A stretch of DNA of 64,000 nucleotides from Nemertoderma westbladi (taxonomy: Eukaryota > Animalia > Xenacoelomorpha). Shown one piece after another: positions 11,754 to 24,217 of the stretch. The position numbers were made by a program, and so were the translations under genes. Position 1 is the stretch's first letter. The number at the start of each line of letters is the position of its first letter. The DNA is taken from the NCBI GenBank assembly GCA_032718475.1, contig JAUCBJ010003070.1, positions 62,001 through 126,000 on the forward strand, given 5' to 3'. The notes beneath the pieces were generated by a model, which saw only the letters and a program-made list of their open reading frames with translations, searched no databases and was not told the origin of the DNA.

Positions 11754-11764
11754 ATAACTGTTAC
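11754..11764 (-). promoter_or_regulatory. Non-tRNA primer-binding site GTAACAGTTAT, complementary to LTR-internal ATAACTGTTAC (12500-12510)
   Basis: It abuts the 5' LTR end, has no TGG, and forms a perfect 11-nt inverted repeat with 12500-12510 (1526-1536 in the other LTR). Confidence 0.75.
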
Positions 11765-12932
11765 TGTTCTCACTTTTAAGACCTTTGGCAGTTTAACCCG
11801 CCAAATCTATATGTCTTCTAGGTTATAAATCGACTTTAGCCTATGACAAGTATTTGACACAAATAAATCCAACATTAGCCGAAGCCAGTCTATGCGCGAC
11901 CATTCACCCGCTGGATATACCCGGGAGACTGGATTCGGATGCTTTAATTTGATTGTGGTGCAGGCCTACCGTACTATTCGATTGATCGTTAATATAATTC
12001 CTGACAAATATCATTCACTTTCGGGAAATATTAGCAGTTCCTTTAGGACGTGGCGCTCTATCTATATAAACAGAGCTATGGCTTACACTAAACACAACGG
12101 AATGGATTATAAGTTACACATAAGGCGCATTCTTTAGGAGATGCTTTGTTACGCGGACAAGCACATACAGACTATTGCACACCGCTGCACACTGAATTGC
12201 CGATAGTCACTGATTTTAATCATACATAAAGAGAATAGCAACCGACATTTGTAGGGCCTATAAAATAGCATTCAATTCACTACAAACCACGATAATATAA
12301 GTCGCAATTGCTATATGTAGCCGGTCTCTCTAACCTTAGTGTATCAAGAAGATCGGGGTTTCTGATCGTTTATCGTTATTCTCCAAATAACAATATGTAA
12401 ACAACCGATACAATTAATAACAAACAGCAAATAGCAGTAAATAATGTGCAATATGTACCGTACCGTTATGTGTTCTTAGTGTCTCGTACCGCTGTACCGG
12501 TAACAGTTATGTGTTCTTATAATTAAAGCCATTCTAATGTTGGAATAATTCAGAATAATTCCATAGCCGATGTTCATGGCATCAGGAAAACCAACACACT
12601 GAACCCTGTGAGCTGTTGCAGGTAGCTTTCAACACAAAGAGGAAAAGCTCTCATTGGCAGAGTTCCATATTCTACAGATTCCACGAATGTCTAAATGCCA
12701 AACCTCCCTAGCCTTTGCAGCCCATAGCCAACACAAGGCTAAATCGCTCTGATTGGTCGATCATTGTTCTGATTGGTTAATCGAACAGAACAAAGAGGTC
12801 ATACGTACAGCAAATCAGCCAACCAGCGGGCAGATTGTGCCACTAGAAGCAACAGTTTAGAGGATTTGAGCGAATGGGGGAAAACTGGATTACAAATGGA
12901 AAAGGCCAGTTATATCCCCAAAAGCTTTTACA
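11765..12932 (-). repeat. 5' LTR of BEL/Pao element 1
   Basis: Direct repeat of 791-1958; reads TGTAAAAG...GAACA on the minus strand. Confidence 0.95.
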
Positions 12933-13445
12933 ATACGCGAGGTGAAAGCTACTGTATTTCATTACACGAATTACCCAGAATCTCAGCGGGAAAGAAAACA
13001 TGAGGATTGTCCAATACGGTGGTGCAAAGCGATCCAGAAAGACCAAACCTACAAGGACAAATCCTTCATCAAGCCGGAGTGGCATGCCCACATTATGCCC
13101 GTATACAATAGACTTACAGATCGGAATCTATTGAAGCGTTGCCTTCCTGGTCTCACGCAGAACCAAAACGAATCTATTCATGGTCGACTTTGGAACAAAT
13201 GTGGGAAGGATAAGTTCCAGAACAAAATTGGAATTCCATGCATATTATACTGCACTTGTGCACAACAGGGGTTCATCTGCAGCTCAGATACTGTATATGA
13301 AGTTGGGCCTGGGGCCTGGGTGAAGATGGCGACAGGGTGCAAGGTGAGAGACCGGAAGAGAACTTCACGAAGCCTCCTCAAACGCAAATCAAAGAAATTC
13401 CGCCCGGAAAACAACGATTCCGCTTACAAACCTGGAGGGTTTTAG
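12933..13445 (+). pseudogene. DDE transposase, 3' part
   Basis: Removing the LTR element and one TSD copy restores the in-frame read IDTIIR-EVKATVFHY. Motifs HEDCPIRWC and LLKRCLPGLTQNQNESIH; ends in YKPGGF. Confidence 0.85.
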
Positions 13446-14220
13446 AAATTTATTTCAGTTTGTTACAACGAAGTCCCCATATATCTATATTTGCTTTATA
13501 ACAGACTGTTGAAACCTGTTCAGTTAGATTCGTCATGTCCTAATTAATAGTAAATAATATAACACATGAAATATACACCAGAATAATTATTTTGTAACTT
13601 ATACAGTATATAATATACTGTAGGCCCTATTTAAGTATGTTTCACTTTCAAATGCATTTTTCTCAAAATGAAATAATTTTGCACATTTTGTCTATCTACT
13701 TCTGAACTGCTCAGCCGATTTTGATTCTGTTTTCACTATATTGTAGCCCTTACATAACTGTAAAATCTGAACAGACAAAATTTTGTAAAAACATAATATA
13801 TAAAATTTTTTTTTCGATTTTTTGTGTCAAAATTTTGAAATATATTGAAAATATCTGGTAATTATTACTAATGATGACATAAATTGATAACCACTAACAA
13901 TATCAAAATTTTGTCTGCTCAGATTATTGTCCACCCGATATTGATCAAAATAAAAAAAAATTTTTTGAAAATATTGAAAAACAAAAAAGTAGATGCATTT
14001 ATAAAAATTCGAATTATTTTGGGTGAAAAAAAGTGCAAAAATGGAAAAAATTATGAAAAAAATATTTTTTTTCATTTCAAAATTTTTTTCCGAGATTTAT
14101 ACACCTTTTGGATACAATATGGTGAAAAAAGTAAATTAATCGGACATATGGTTCTAAAATGACAGCTTATATACTCTAGAATGGCAAATATTTATTAGTC
14201 TGGGGTGTCCTCCCCCCTTA
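13446..14220 (+). mobile_element. Probable right terminal region of the DNA transposon
   Basis: AT-rich subterminal sequence ending GGGGTGTCCTCCCCCCTTAG, which resembles a Kolobok-type ...CC/TTAA end. The left end is outside the window. Confidence 0.45.
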
Positions 14221-15639
14221 GAGAGACTAGATAGGGTGCTGGGCATGATTTTGTTATATGGCAGGCAACCTGCGGGTGAGAGTAGACTTAAACGACAGGT
14301 GGGAGCCACTGGTCGTGATAATTCAGATGATTTCGGTTCGACACGAGTTATTTGGCTGGCATTGCGGGGGCGCGCGGTCAATAATGCACCATATTGGTGT
14401 GCCTGATGTATTAAATAAGCATTGTATCTTATACCATTAACTAAATAATGTACAGCATCAAGGCTTTAAAATTCATGCCTAGTTAGTTATTTTGTTTATT
14501 GACCATATACGTCACATTACACTAATAATAATAATACACCATACAATTAAATCAATTTGACAACATAGAAATACAGTCCGACAAAATATACAAATTTTAA
14601 TGAAAGGCAGAGTATTTTATTATTAAACACCAACTGTGCCACAGATTTATATCTTGACAAATTTAATTGGAACCATGAAAATAGATATAGAAGGTTGAGA
14701 GAACTGGGTTAGGTAATTATCGTTTACGTAATTATATATTTTTTAAAACAACCTGCGAACGCAGCTGTTGGGATAATTCCTGCACAGTCACGGTTATTAC
14801 AGAACCCTGATATAATCTGTTATGTATAATTTATTTATGATGCACCAACACTGTATATTTAATCATCCATATATAGTATTGCAACTAATTGCACTAATAG
14901 AATTGACTATCTATAGAAATAATATATAGAATTAGAATGCAGCCCGCCAACCCGCCAGCAATTGGTGAACCTGAGGCAAATCAATAGAATTGCCCGGGTT
15001 GATACCCAAACACTTGAATCCCCAATGCGCAAGGCGAGCTGACAAACCTGGCCGATAAATTTCACATTAGCGCTGTAGGTGTTCAAGTGAACCGAATGTG
15101 GACTGGAAAGACAGACGAGTCATTGGTTAAGGAAATGGGAGGTGGTTGGCGACTTGCCCTCTGCTCAGCAGATGACAGTGCAATGCTAATAGAGGAATTG
15201 GTCTATTGATGAATCCAATTACACATTCCGCTTTGGACAAAATAGACATCATCTGTTAACATTTCTCATGTTCCGGAAGACTGGCTACAAAGTTTTTTAG
15301 GGAGGTTCTGATTGTGTATTATTCTAGTGTTGCCACATTAGAGAATTTAATAACTTTCTACCACTATCTACAAGCAACTTCTGCTGGAATGGATCAGTAC
15401 GCATTCTTAACTTTATTGGGTGACTTTAATGCCAGTCTCCATTGCTCCACCCACAACATGCCCATGGGTCTACTACGAAAGTGTGAACCGAAATGCAGTC
15501 ATCTTCACTGAAAAGCTATGGACTCATACTGGACCCAGTGCTCAAGTCCACGACTGACTATATTATGTTTTGTAAGAATAAACTCGTCCATCATATCCTA
15601 CTAGACATTTATCACAATAATGCGGAACCACAAGAACTG

Positions 15640-15681
15640 CAGACAGCTGACAGCAGACAGCAGACAGCTGACAGCTGACAG
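15640..15681. repeat. 7-bp minisatellite (CWGACAG) x6
   Basis: cagacagctgacagcagacagcagacagctgacagctgacag. Confidence 0.85.
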
Positions 15682-17278
15682 GGGGAAACGGGCAACATCT
15701 CCTATTTTGTAATAATGTATAAAAATCAATCAATATATATTTATATCTATCTGTGTAGGTCATGCATGAAATAACATACAGAAAACAATTTATTTATATG
15801 TTTCCAGAACATAATACTACTTTATACTTTGTGAAAAAAGGCTTCTTAGGTGAAGAACAAGGCTTGCTTAGATATGTATCACTTTTTCACATTGATCACT
15901 TGGTGCACGGGTGCTCATCATGCGTCAAATATTTAAATCAATCTTCGGTGACCTGCCTACATATCAGAGATTTTGAAAAGTTAAGTAAAACTATTAAGTA
16001 ATGCTATAACTATTACTATATTTTCGGCATGCGTATTGCAGATGCGCATTGAGAAAGCTCGAAGAAACTACGGCGTAAGCAACATTCTTGGTTATAAATT
16101 ATTTTAATGGGTTGGTGGTATGGTTGGATGATGTCGTCGCCATCATTGATGGCATTAACCTGCTGGTTGATAAGGCATTTTATTGCCCTATTTTGTCTGT
16201 TTGAATAGGGACCCATTCTGTCGATATTGAGATCCTCTCGGCACTTACGAATTCTGCCTGTGCTGGTTTCCTTTTTCGTGGAATGAGGCCCTTCAGCCTT
16301 CCATTTCTCCATAGCCTTTCGTTTCTCCTAAGTCCAGTATTCCTTTTAAGTTGGTCAACATAGTTAATGTATACCTACATTGTGTATATAAAAGAAGATA
16401 ACCAGACTGAGGTACAGATAAATATAATTTAACATTTCAAAAGGTAAAAGGTTATCATTCATTTCATTTCATTCCCGAATTAAGCCCTAATGGCTATATT
16501 CCTGGTCGTTATCAAAAAGTTCAAAATGTTAATATTCGTGTTTAAATACGTTTAAAATGCTCAGTTAGCTGCTCATACTTTAAACGAAATGATATAAAAG
16601 TTACATCAGTGATGAACTCACGATTTGTATATTGCAGTGTGGCAAACGAATTTGTTTGGATGAGATTCAATAAATATGTTTTACTGTAGTCGTATCTTAA
16701 TATTGAAGTTAAACTAGGAAGAGGGTAGAGGGGACATTTTCCGCGACTGCTCATATTGATGGCATATCGTGACGAACATACGTATCTCCAAATTTTTCGA
16801 TTTGGAGTTAACACCATACTTGGGGTCCTATAAGGCTAGCTAAACTACAATCTGAAGAAGAATCGTATCACGCGCATGCTCCAAACAGCCGTGACAGCAT
16901 AATGCAAACGGACTTATTCATATATTTTAAGCAAAACCATTTTGATGAACAGACTTACCCGTTTATAGAAACAATACCACCATTCGTCAACATTTTTTGA
17001 GTCCAATTGTAACACATACATCTGGAATGAATATTATTGTCTGGTGTACTACATTGTAAATATCAATTACATTAATTAATAATTATTTCATTGATAATTA
17101 AATAATTGAATAATTGATAATCAATATGGAATAATTGATGATTGATAAATTAATTAATAATAAAATTATATAATTTTATATAATTATACAATTTTTCGAT
17201 GATATTTTCCTTCTGAGCTATTGATTAAAATATATAATGCGGAAGATTCTCATCTACCTCAATAACTTGCTGCAACGG

Positions 17279-19384
17279 CTAGTCGATTATCGTGGACTCG
17301 GTTGGATCTTCATCGGGATGATGAACGGTAGGCACGTGCGCCTTCCATGATCCTTCCGGGTCCTTATTCTCTGTGTGGCGTTCCCCGTTATACGGTACTA
17401 ACGTTAACATCGACAGTCTGTTGACGAGGCCTCCCGCGTGGGTGAGATGAAAGTCACGAAAAACGCTGAATCCCACGCGCGTGAAAACATCACAGTGGGC
17501 GTCGGTGTTATAGAATGGTTGAAGGAATCGGCGAAATACTTCAGTATGGGTCCTCCCTTCCTCGTAAACTGTATGTCCCTCGCCGAGACATAACAGGTGT
17601 TGCTTTAACGTTCTAAGACACTATATCGGCGATGAAACATATGTTGACCGATGATTCTATTGCCAAATAATATTGTAGGATTATCCGCGGAGATGAGGTA
17701 ATCGCCCAGTATACACATCCTCTCCATTTCAACTGTGACTCAAACTCTTTGACATTGGGGGTATGTTACAAGCAAGGTCCATGGATTTTACTATCCGCTT
17801 AATCATGGTGTGTCGTTGTGTCGTCCCCTCCGGCATCGGCATCTTACGGTCGCTCCACTGTTGGCTGAAGACGTGAAGCACTCCACCTGGCACCCAAATT
17901 TGAATGGTTTTCGAAGTGAGGCTCTGCTGATGGATCCCTCCTTCGTAGAACATGTATCTGTTCTATCACAGAGATTGACTCGTCGTGTCCCAATCGTCAA
18001 GTAAATCATCAATGGGGGTCCATATTCTTCCGATGGATTTCTCATCATCGAGGCTAATAGGTTTCCCCGTCCAATTGGTTGCGATGTCAATGTCGGTTTC
18101 GAATGTGCCGACTCCGATCCATAATCGAATAATCCGCGTGAGATATCCTTGCAGGATGCAAGATGCGATATCCATACCCGTGCGATCAACTTCCTTAAAG
18201 TCGGTAATATGTGGAGGCATATGGCATACGATTTTCTGAATGATTATTCTATGCAACTCTGCAGCCTCTAACATATCACCAAATGTTACCGATGGGAGGA
18301 AATCTAGGTTAGATATGATCTCCGGATGCTCCACTATAGGAATCTCATAGGTCATATCCTCTCAAATCGGTACACTGATAGGAAAGTTGGTTGTCCTCGT
18401 GACCAGCACTACCGCTTGGGTAGAGTGGGGTTGAGATTCTCGCATCATCTCAATATGAGGTATCCATAATTTCTGCGACAAACGTTGAGCAAAGATAATG
18501 CTATCAAAGAGTTCGGGTGTCATTTCCTTGGGTTCGGTTTGATCGTGGGATATCCAATAGAATGGTAGGCTCGCGAGCCTTCCGCCGAACTCCTCGATCT
18601 TGCCTTTCTCGTACGCCTTGTACGCCCTATATAGGCTAAGAGCTTCCCTCTTCTCCTGTGTTGACTTGTTGGACTCGTTGTCTCGGACGTCGTCGTCGGG
18701 TTGGTCTATTATCATACTGTAGACGTCTGGTTTGACTAGTTTGGGTTCGGAAATCACGATCTTGCCCGCGTTCGGTCCGCTCATTTTGAACGAGTGATAT
18801 GAATTCGTCAAGGGGTATCCACCTTCCTGATAACGCAGACTCTGGTGGTTTGGGCATTGCGCTAGTATCGGCTTGGGGTTCTCCGGGTTCAAGCACTTAG
18901 GGATCACATTGTCTTCTTGCACACGCATACATCCTCCATATTTATAGAAGAGTTTCTAAATGGAGAACGCTTCCTTAGTCTCTGGATCTGCTCCTCGAGC
19001 GCGTCTATACAGGTGCATCCGCGTCGAATTCGTCCCTAGCTGCAGGCATGGGCTCACTAGCCGTCTGATATTGCAGCATGTGGTATAATCGACGTATCTC
19101 TATGTCGGGGTCCTCCCAGATGTCGCTGGCATCACACAACGCATCGTAGGGGTATAGCGCGTTAAACTCCTCGCATAAATCCTACGTTCTCTTATTGTAA
19201 GCGTTAGGTCACTGTAGCATAACGTTTGGATCCGCCTTTGACTTTGCGAGCTTAGCTGTACTCCTTGCCATGCTTTCAACTCCAAACACACTAAATTTCT
19301 TGGCTCCATATTGGTTGAACGGTGCCTGGTGCTCCTGTTCTTGCGTGAATCCCTGTGTTGTTCCTTATGGATCCTCTCTGCCAT
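17279..19384 (-). pseudogene. Degraded ~700-codon ORF of unknown function downstream of a BEL/Pao integrase
   Basis: Chain of same-strand ORF pieces (19100-19384, 18362-18928, 17966-18355, 17729-17953, 17279-17476). The middle three are in one frame, separated only by stop codons. GC content is higher than the flanks. Confidence 0.65.
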
Positions 19385-19440
19385 TATACGCGTATATATT
19401 GGTTACATATCATTACGTTTATCTATACCTTTGCATTCTA

Positions 19441-19475
19441 CTAGAGGAAGCAGAAACAGAGGTTAGATGTGAGGA
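19441..19475 (-). promoter_or_regulatory. Candidate splice acceptor upstream of the unknown ORF
   Basis: Minus strand reads CTCACATCTAACCTCTGTTTCTGCTTCCTCTAG: branch-point-like CTAAC, polypyrimidine tract, then AG. Confidence 0.5.
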
Positions 19476-20075
19476 GACTTAGAATTTGTAAGCTTTTGGC
19501 TCAACTTTGCTCTAAACCCCTACCCATTTGCCTATGATTTAGGGTTCCGCGTGATTTCACACTGGCTCCTAATCCAAAAAATTGTGCCGATAAAAAACGA
19601 TTTCAGGCAAACTAGCCGTGAGTCTAAATACTCACTTTTTAATCCCAAACTACTTCCCCAAAAAGTAAAGCAGTCGAGAATTAGTCAAAGTAAAATAAAA
19701 TAATAGACACGACTATTAGAACAAGGCTGATTTTATTTTTCAAAAAATATCGGAAGGCTCGCAAGCCTTCCTCCCCCCCCCCCCCCTGATTTTGGTTCCA
19801 TCCGACCATATCCTAGAATCCGTCCACTGGAGAATCGTTTTTCTTAAAATTCGAAATTCAAATGGATTATCTAAAATTTTGAAAAATTGACTCACTTGTG
19901 GGTTCCAAGTGGAATTCCATTCCTTCTGTACACACAAACCCTCTCCTATGTGATACATAAGGGTACTACCCTCAATGTTCATATATAAAGACAATGGAAT
20001 TCCACCGCTGTCTTTAACCTACAGTGTACAGGAACATGGTAGGACTATGTGGCAACCATCAAGGGTCCCACATCA

Positions 20076-22370
20076 TTACTTATGAAGTTTACATGGAGAT
20101 TTGTAATCTCCCATCTTGTTTCTAGTCTCCTCAAGGAGTACGAGACATTGTACGGGTCTGTCAACAGTATGTCCGTCAATTGTCCATACAGTCACAGTCC
20201 GTATTACACCACCTGAAGTCAGGTGTGTGGTCAAAATGACTCCAGTCAACCAAAACCGTCTCTTTAAGTTGGTCTCTGCCAATAATTAATGAACACCACG
20301 CTTCAGACACCGGATAGTAAGATACCAGGTGGTCCTGGGTGAAATAGAGGGCAAATAATGCTTCTGTCATACATCCCAAAACTTATTGGCTAACAACTGA
20401 GTGATTTTTCAAGCTTTGTCGCCGTAACTGTCACTGTCCATAGGTACAGAAGTGGGCAACAGTATCATCGGCGCCTGCATAAGTAGGTGCGCTGGTGTCA
20501 AGGCAAACTGAGATTGTTTGTCGTCTGGAATCAAAGCGATGGGTCTGGTATTCAGTACCGCTTCGATCTCTATCAACAACGTAGTCAGTTGGTCGTCTGT
20601 TAATATGCGTTGCGTAGGTATTACTTTCGCAATTGCCGTCTTGATGGATCCAATTAATCTCTCCCAAACTCCGCCTCTCCATGGACTGTTGGAGGGGTTA
20701 AGGTTCCACACGATCTTGTGGGGACGTAGTTTGTCGGAGATTTGATTGTGGTCCAACTTCTTTATGGCTCTGGAGATTTCGTTCCTCGCACCCACAAAGT
20801 TGGTCCCTTGGTCGCAGTGTATGGATTTGACCAATCCGCGTCTAGCGATAAATCGCTGTAAAGCTAGGATAAATGCGTTGGTGGTTAGACGTTACGTGTT
20901 CAATATGAACTGCTCTACTGGCCATGCAGGTAAAGATCAGTCCCCAATGTTTCACCTGTACGCGTCCACGTTTTGCGTTTATATGTCCAAAACAGTCAAT
21001 CCCCGTCTCAGTAAATGGGGGTCTAAACGCCTGTAATCTAGCTAGTGGTAGTTCACTCATTTCCTGGCGTCCTATCCTCGAGTGTACCTTCTTACAGATA
21101 ACACAGTTGCATGTTACTGAACTCAATGCCTTACAAGGTCTAATCAGTACAAACTTCGAGTGTAAGTGTGATAAACAGTGATGTCTACCTATGTGTTTGA
21201 TTTGTACATGTGTGTCCAGTATCATAGCACGCTGTAACTCATGGTGTTGCGGTATGATGATAGGATACCTAAAGTCAATAGTTAGTCAGTCAAAGTAGTC
21301 AATCAATAGTATCAATAGTAGTCAGTAGTATTTAGTATTTATCAGTAGTATTTATCAATAGTATTTCCGGTAGACAATCGGTCGAAAGATACAGAAAACA
21401 GTCTGGCGAATCTGGTGAAATCCCCCGCGGAACATCTTCTGAAAGATTCGTTGGAACATCTGGTAGAATGTCTGGTGAGACGTCCGGCATAATGTCTGGT
21501 GGAGTGTCCAGGTCATTGGACTTAACTTGTCCTTGTTTCCTTTTGACCTTGGTGCTGGCTTTAGCTTTCGACTTGACCAGTGTCGATTTTTATCTCGGCA
21601 CCTTCTGGTATAGTGCTCGATGTCGCGTCGAATAGCGGCAGCCATTCATCCGATGGTCGTTGTAGGAAGTCGGGTCCTTTAAACCAGAAGGACTTATTGT
21701 CCGGTTTACAAAAGTCTATGGGTAACATTCCCTGTGATGCGATGTCAGCCGGGTTCAGTTTCCCTGGGCAGTGACGCCAGTCCTGTTTGAGCGACCTGTT
21801 TAGTATTTCAGACCGTCTGTTGGTCACGAAAGTCTAGAAATGAAAAGTCTCGTTATTGATGTACCAAAGCACTAACATTCCATCAGTCCAATGAATGTGA
21901 CTTTCAAGTTGGTCTCCAGTTCACGCTGGACTAGACTCACGATGTCGGTAGATATCGTCCCGGCTTGAAGCTCTCCCCGAGGCACTGTCATATACTTCAG
22001 AGGCATTGTTTTAGCTTTTGAAGTAAAGAAAGATACCTCGTAACTGTCCAATGTAACTTGTCTATGTAGGTATAAGGTAACCCCAAGCCCATCCTTGCTA
22101 GTGTCACTGGAGCTGTGAAGCTCCAGATCCGCAGGAAAGGTGGCCTGTAAAGGAAACTATACCCTCGGGATGGTATAGTCTTGTAGGAGCGTCAGTTGTG
22201 CCTCCCAGTCCCTCCATTGCTCGGCTAGCTTTTCTGGGATGGGATCGTCCCATTCCAGTCCGGCTTGCCAAATGCTGCGGAGTATGATCCTTGCGTGTAG
22301 GATCACTGGACTGATAAAAGGAGGGTCATACAAACGACTCATGGTCAATAAGCAGGTCCGCTTGGTCTGC
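20076..22370 (-). pseudogene. pol: BEL/Pao pol fragment (RNase H and integrase), degraded
   Basis: Motifs TKRTCL...LYDP...LEWDDPIP, WRHCPGKLNPADIASQG, HHCC zinc finger, GIDCFG, CDQGTNFVGA, WERLIGSIK and RPVQCLVLLE, with multiple stops and frameshifts. No LTR identified. Confidence 0.9.
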
Positions 22371-23121
22371 TGATGACTTAGGAGTACTATCAGAATCATT
22401 AGAGGGAGCCCAACGGCTCCTCAGCTCATTAGAACATGCTGCTTCTAGTGTTGGTCTTTTTATTAACTCCAGAAAGACCAAAATTCTGACAGTTAACTTT
22501 GAAAGTTCTCAGCAAGTCTCTGATCGGATGAGCATAAGCTCAAAGGATGGTATGCTTGAGCATGTGGACGACTTCTGTTACCTGGGATCATGGATCCGGA
22601 AGTCAGGTGAGGACCTTCGAATACGTAAGGGAAAGGCATGGGCAGCCTTGAATAGGCTTTCCAGGATTTGGAAGTCACCGATGCTGGGCTCTAACTGCTG
22701 AGGACACCAAATCTCACCACATTCACAAGAATGCTACGCCGGGTTCATTGTGTCAAGTACAATGCACACATCTCCAACCAGACACTATATAACATTGGAG
22801 GTGTCTCATTGGTTCCCCCAAGCTTGACACTAGAACAAAATCGCCTCCACTTTGCAGGACATTGCTTTCGCCGTGAGGACCAGCCAGTGCATAATCTTGT
22901 ACTTTGGCAGCCTCATGGAGTGAATAAGCATGGTGGACAGCCCATGACTTTCTTGAGACGCATCTTAAAGGACACTGGCCTTAAAGATGCGGATGATCTA
23001 GCAAATGTCATGGGTGATAGGGAGTTGTGGCGGTGCAATTTTGTTAACAAGCCGGCACAGCATTCTTAAAAATGCAGCTGCAATGCAGCATGCCGATCAT
23101 AGTAGTAGTATAGTAGTAGTA
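22368..23121 (+). mobile_element. 5'-truncated RTE-like LINE with internal deletion and (TAG)n tail
   Basis: Near-identical to 26513-27319. Encodes FCYLGSWI and FAGHCFR; ends in tagtagtagtatagtagtagta. Confidence 0.85.
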
Positions 23122-24217
23122 TTTATTAAATAGAATAAAATAGCCTTGCGCATGCACAGTGCAACCCACATATTTGGAATCTTTTCACGGTCCGCTTTCT
23201 AAAAGTACCAACAATCACTATAAGGTTGAAGAATAACTGCAATAACTTAGAACAAAGATATAATAATAAAGAATAGCAAATAACGAATAAAGAATGACAA
23301 ATAACAAAGAATAACTTGAAGAATTTCAGATTTCACGATTTCTCATGAATTCTATTTCTATTATATTATATATTTCTATTTAATTTTACTACTATATATT
23401 TATATTTCTTCAGGTACATATATACTGAATGATGAGCATTCAGAATATATGTACTTGAAGAAGAACTGTTCTACAGAACTGGAGAACTGTACTATTCATT
23501 TCCTTTCGTTTGTGGGTGAAGAGCTTTTTATTATATAAACTATATTATTATTATATTTGGTGACATGTGTATTTATATTTGGTCTGGGATTTGGTGACGG
23601 GGCTGGTCTTAGCGGTGATGGGCTGGCAGACGAATTTTAATTTTTTGTTGTTTCAATTTGTCATTGTGCTAGTTCCTTGTTAAATTTTAAATATTGTTTT
23701 TGTTTTGTTTTGTAAATATCTTGTTATATATTATTTGTAGAGATATTTGGTAATATAATAATTTGTTTCTTCTACTATTATTATATTTACCCCACATTAA
23801 TTACCAATGACTTTCTTTCAAAGGGTGTATTTCTCTTTAAAAAAGTCATAAAATCAGGTCATCGCAGGATTTCATGCACATTACATCATATCATCATCAT
23901 TCTGAAATTTGTTATTATTTTCCTGAACTACTTGGCAACAATGCTATTAATTAGTGAATATAATATGTAAATAGTGATGGAACAAAAAGTATTGAGTAAT
24001 GTTACATAAACTCTATCACATCACCTCATAAAATAAACTGGAAAAATAATAAAGAATAAAAAATAAAGAATAGAGAAAGTAAATATCCCTAAACCCATGT
24101 GTTATACCAGTATCTAATTCACATGTAAATAAATTAACAGAAAAGGAATCTATATGAGTATCAATACTCCTCTTCTTTGCAATATAGTCAATTGGAAGTT
24201 TGTCTGAAAGTTTTTAT

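Larger units (their letters stand above)
791..12932 (-). mobile_element. BEL/Pao LTR retrotransposon, non-autonomous (gag-PR present, RT/IN deleted, extra 3' ORF)
   Basis: Two 1168-bp direct repeats with TG...CA ends. 5-bp TSD ATACG at 786-790 and 12933-12937. BEL-type gag zinc knuckles and protease on the minus strand. Confidence 0.95.

Noticed and set aside
15060-16330. Possible degraded KDZ/Zisupton-type transposase
   Set aside because: Only a faint resemblance (FYHYLQ...AFL) with no catalytic motif; cannot be supported without an HMM search.
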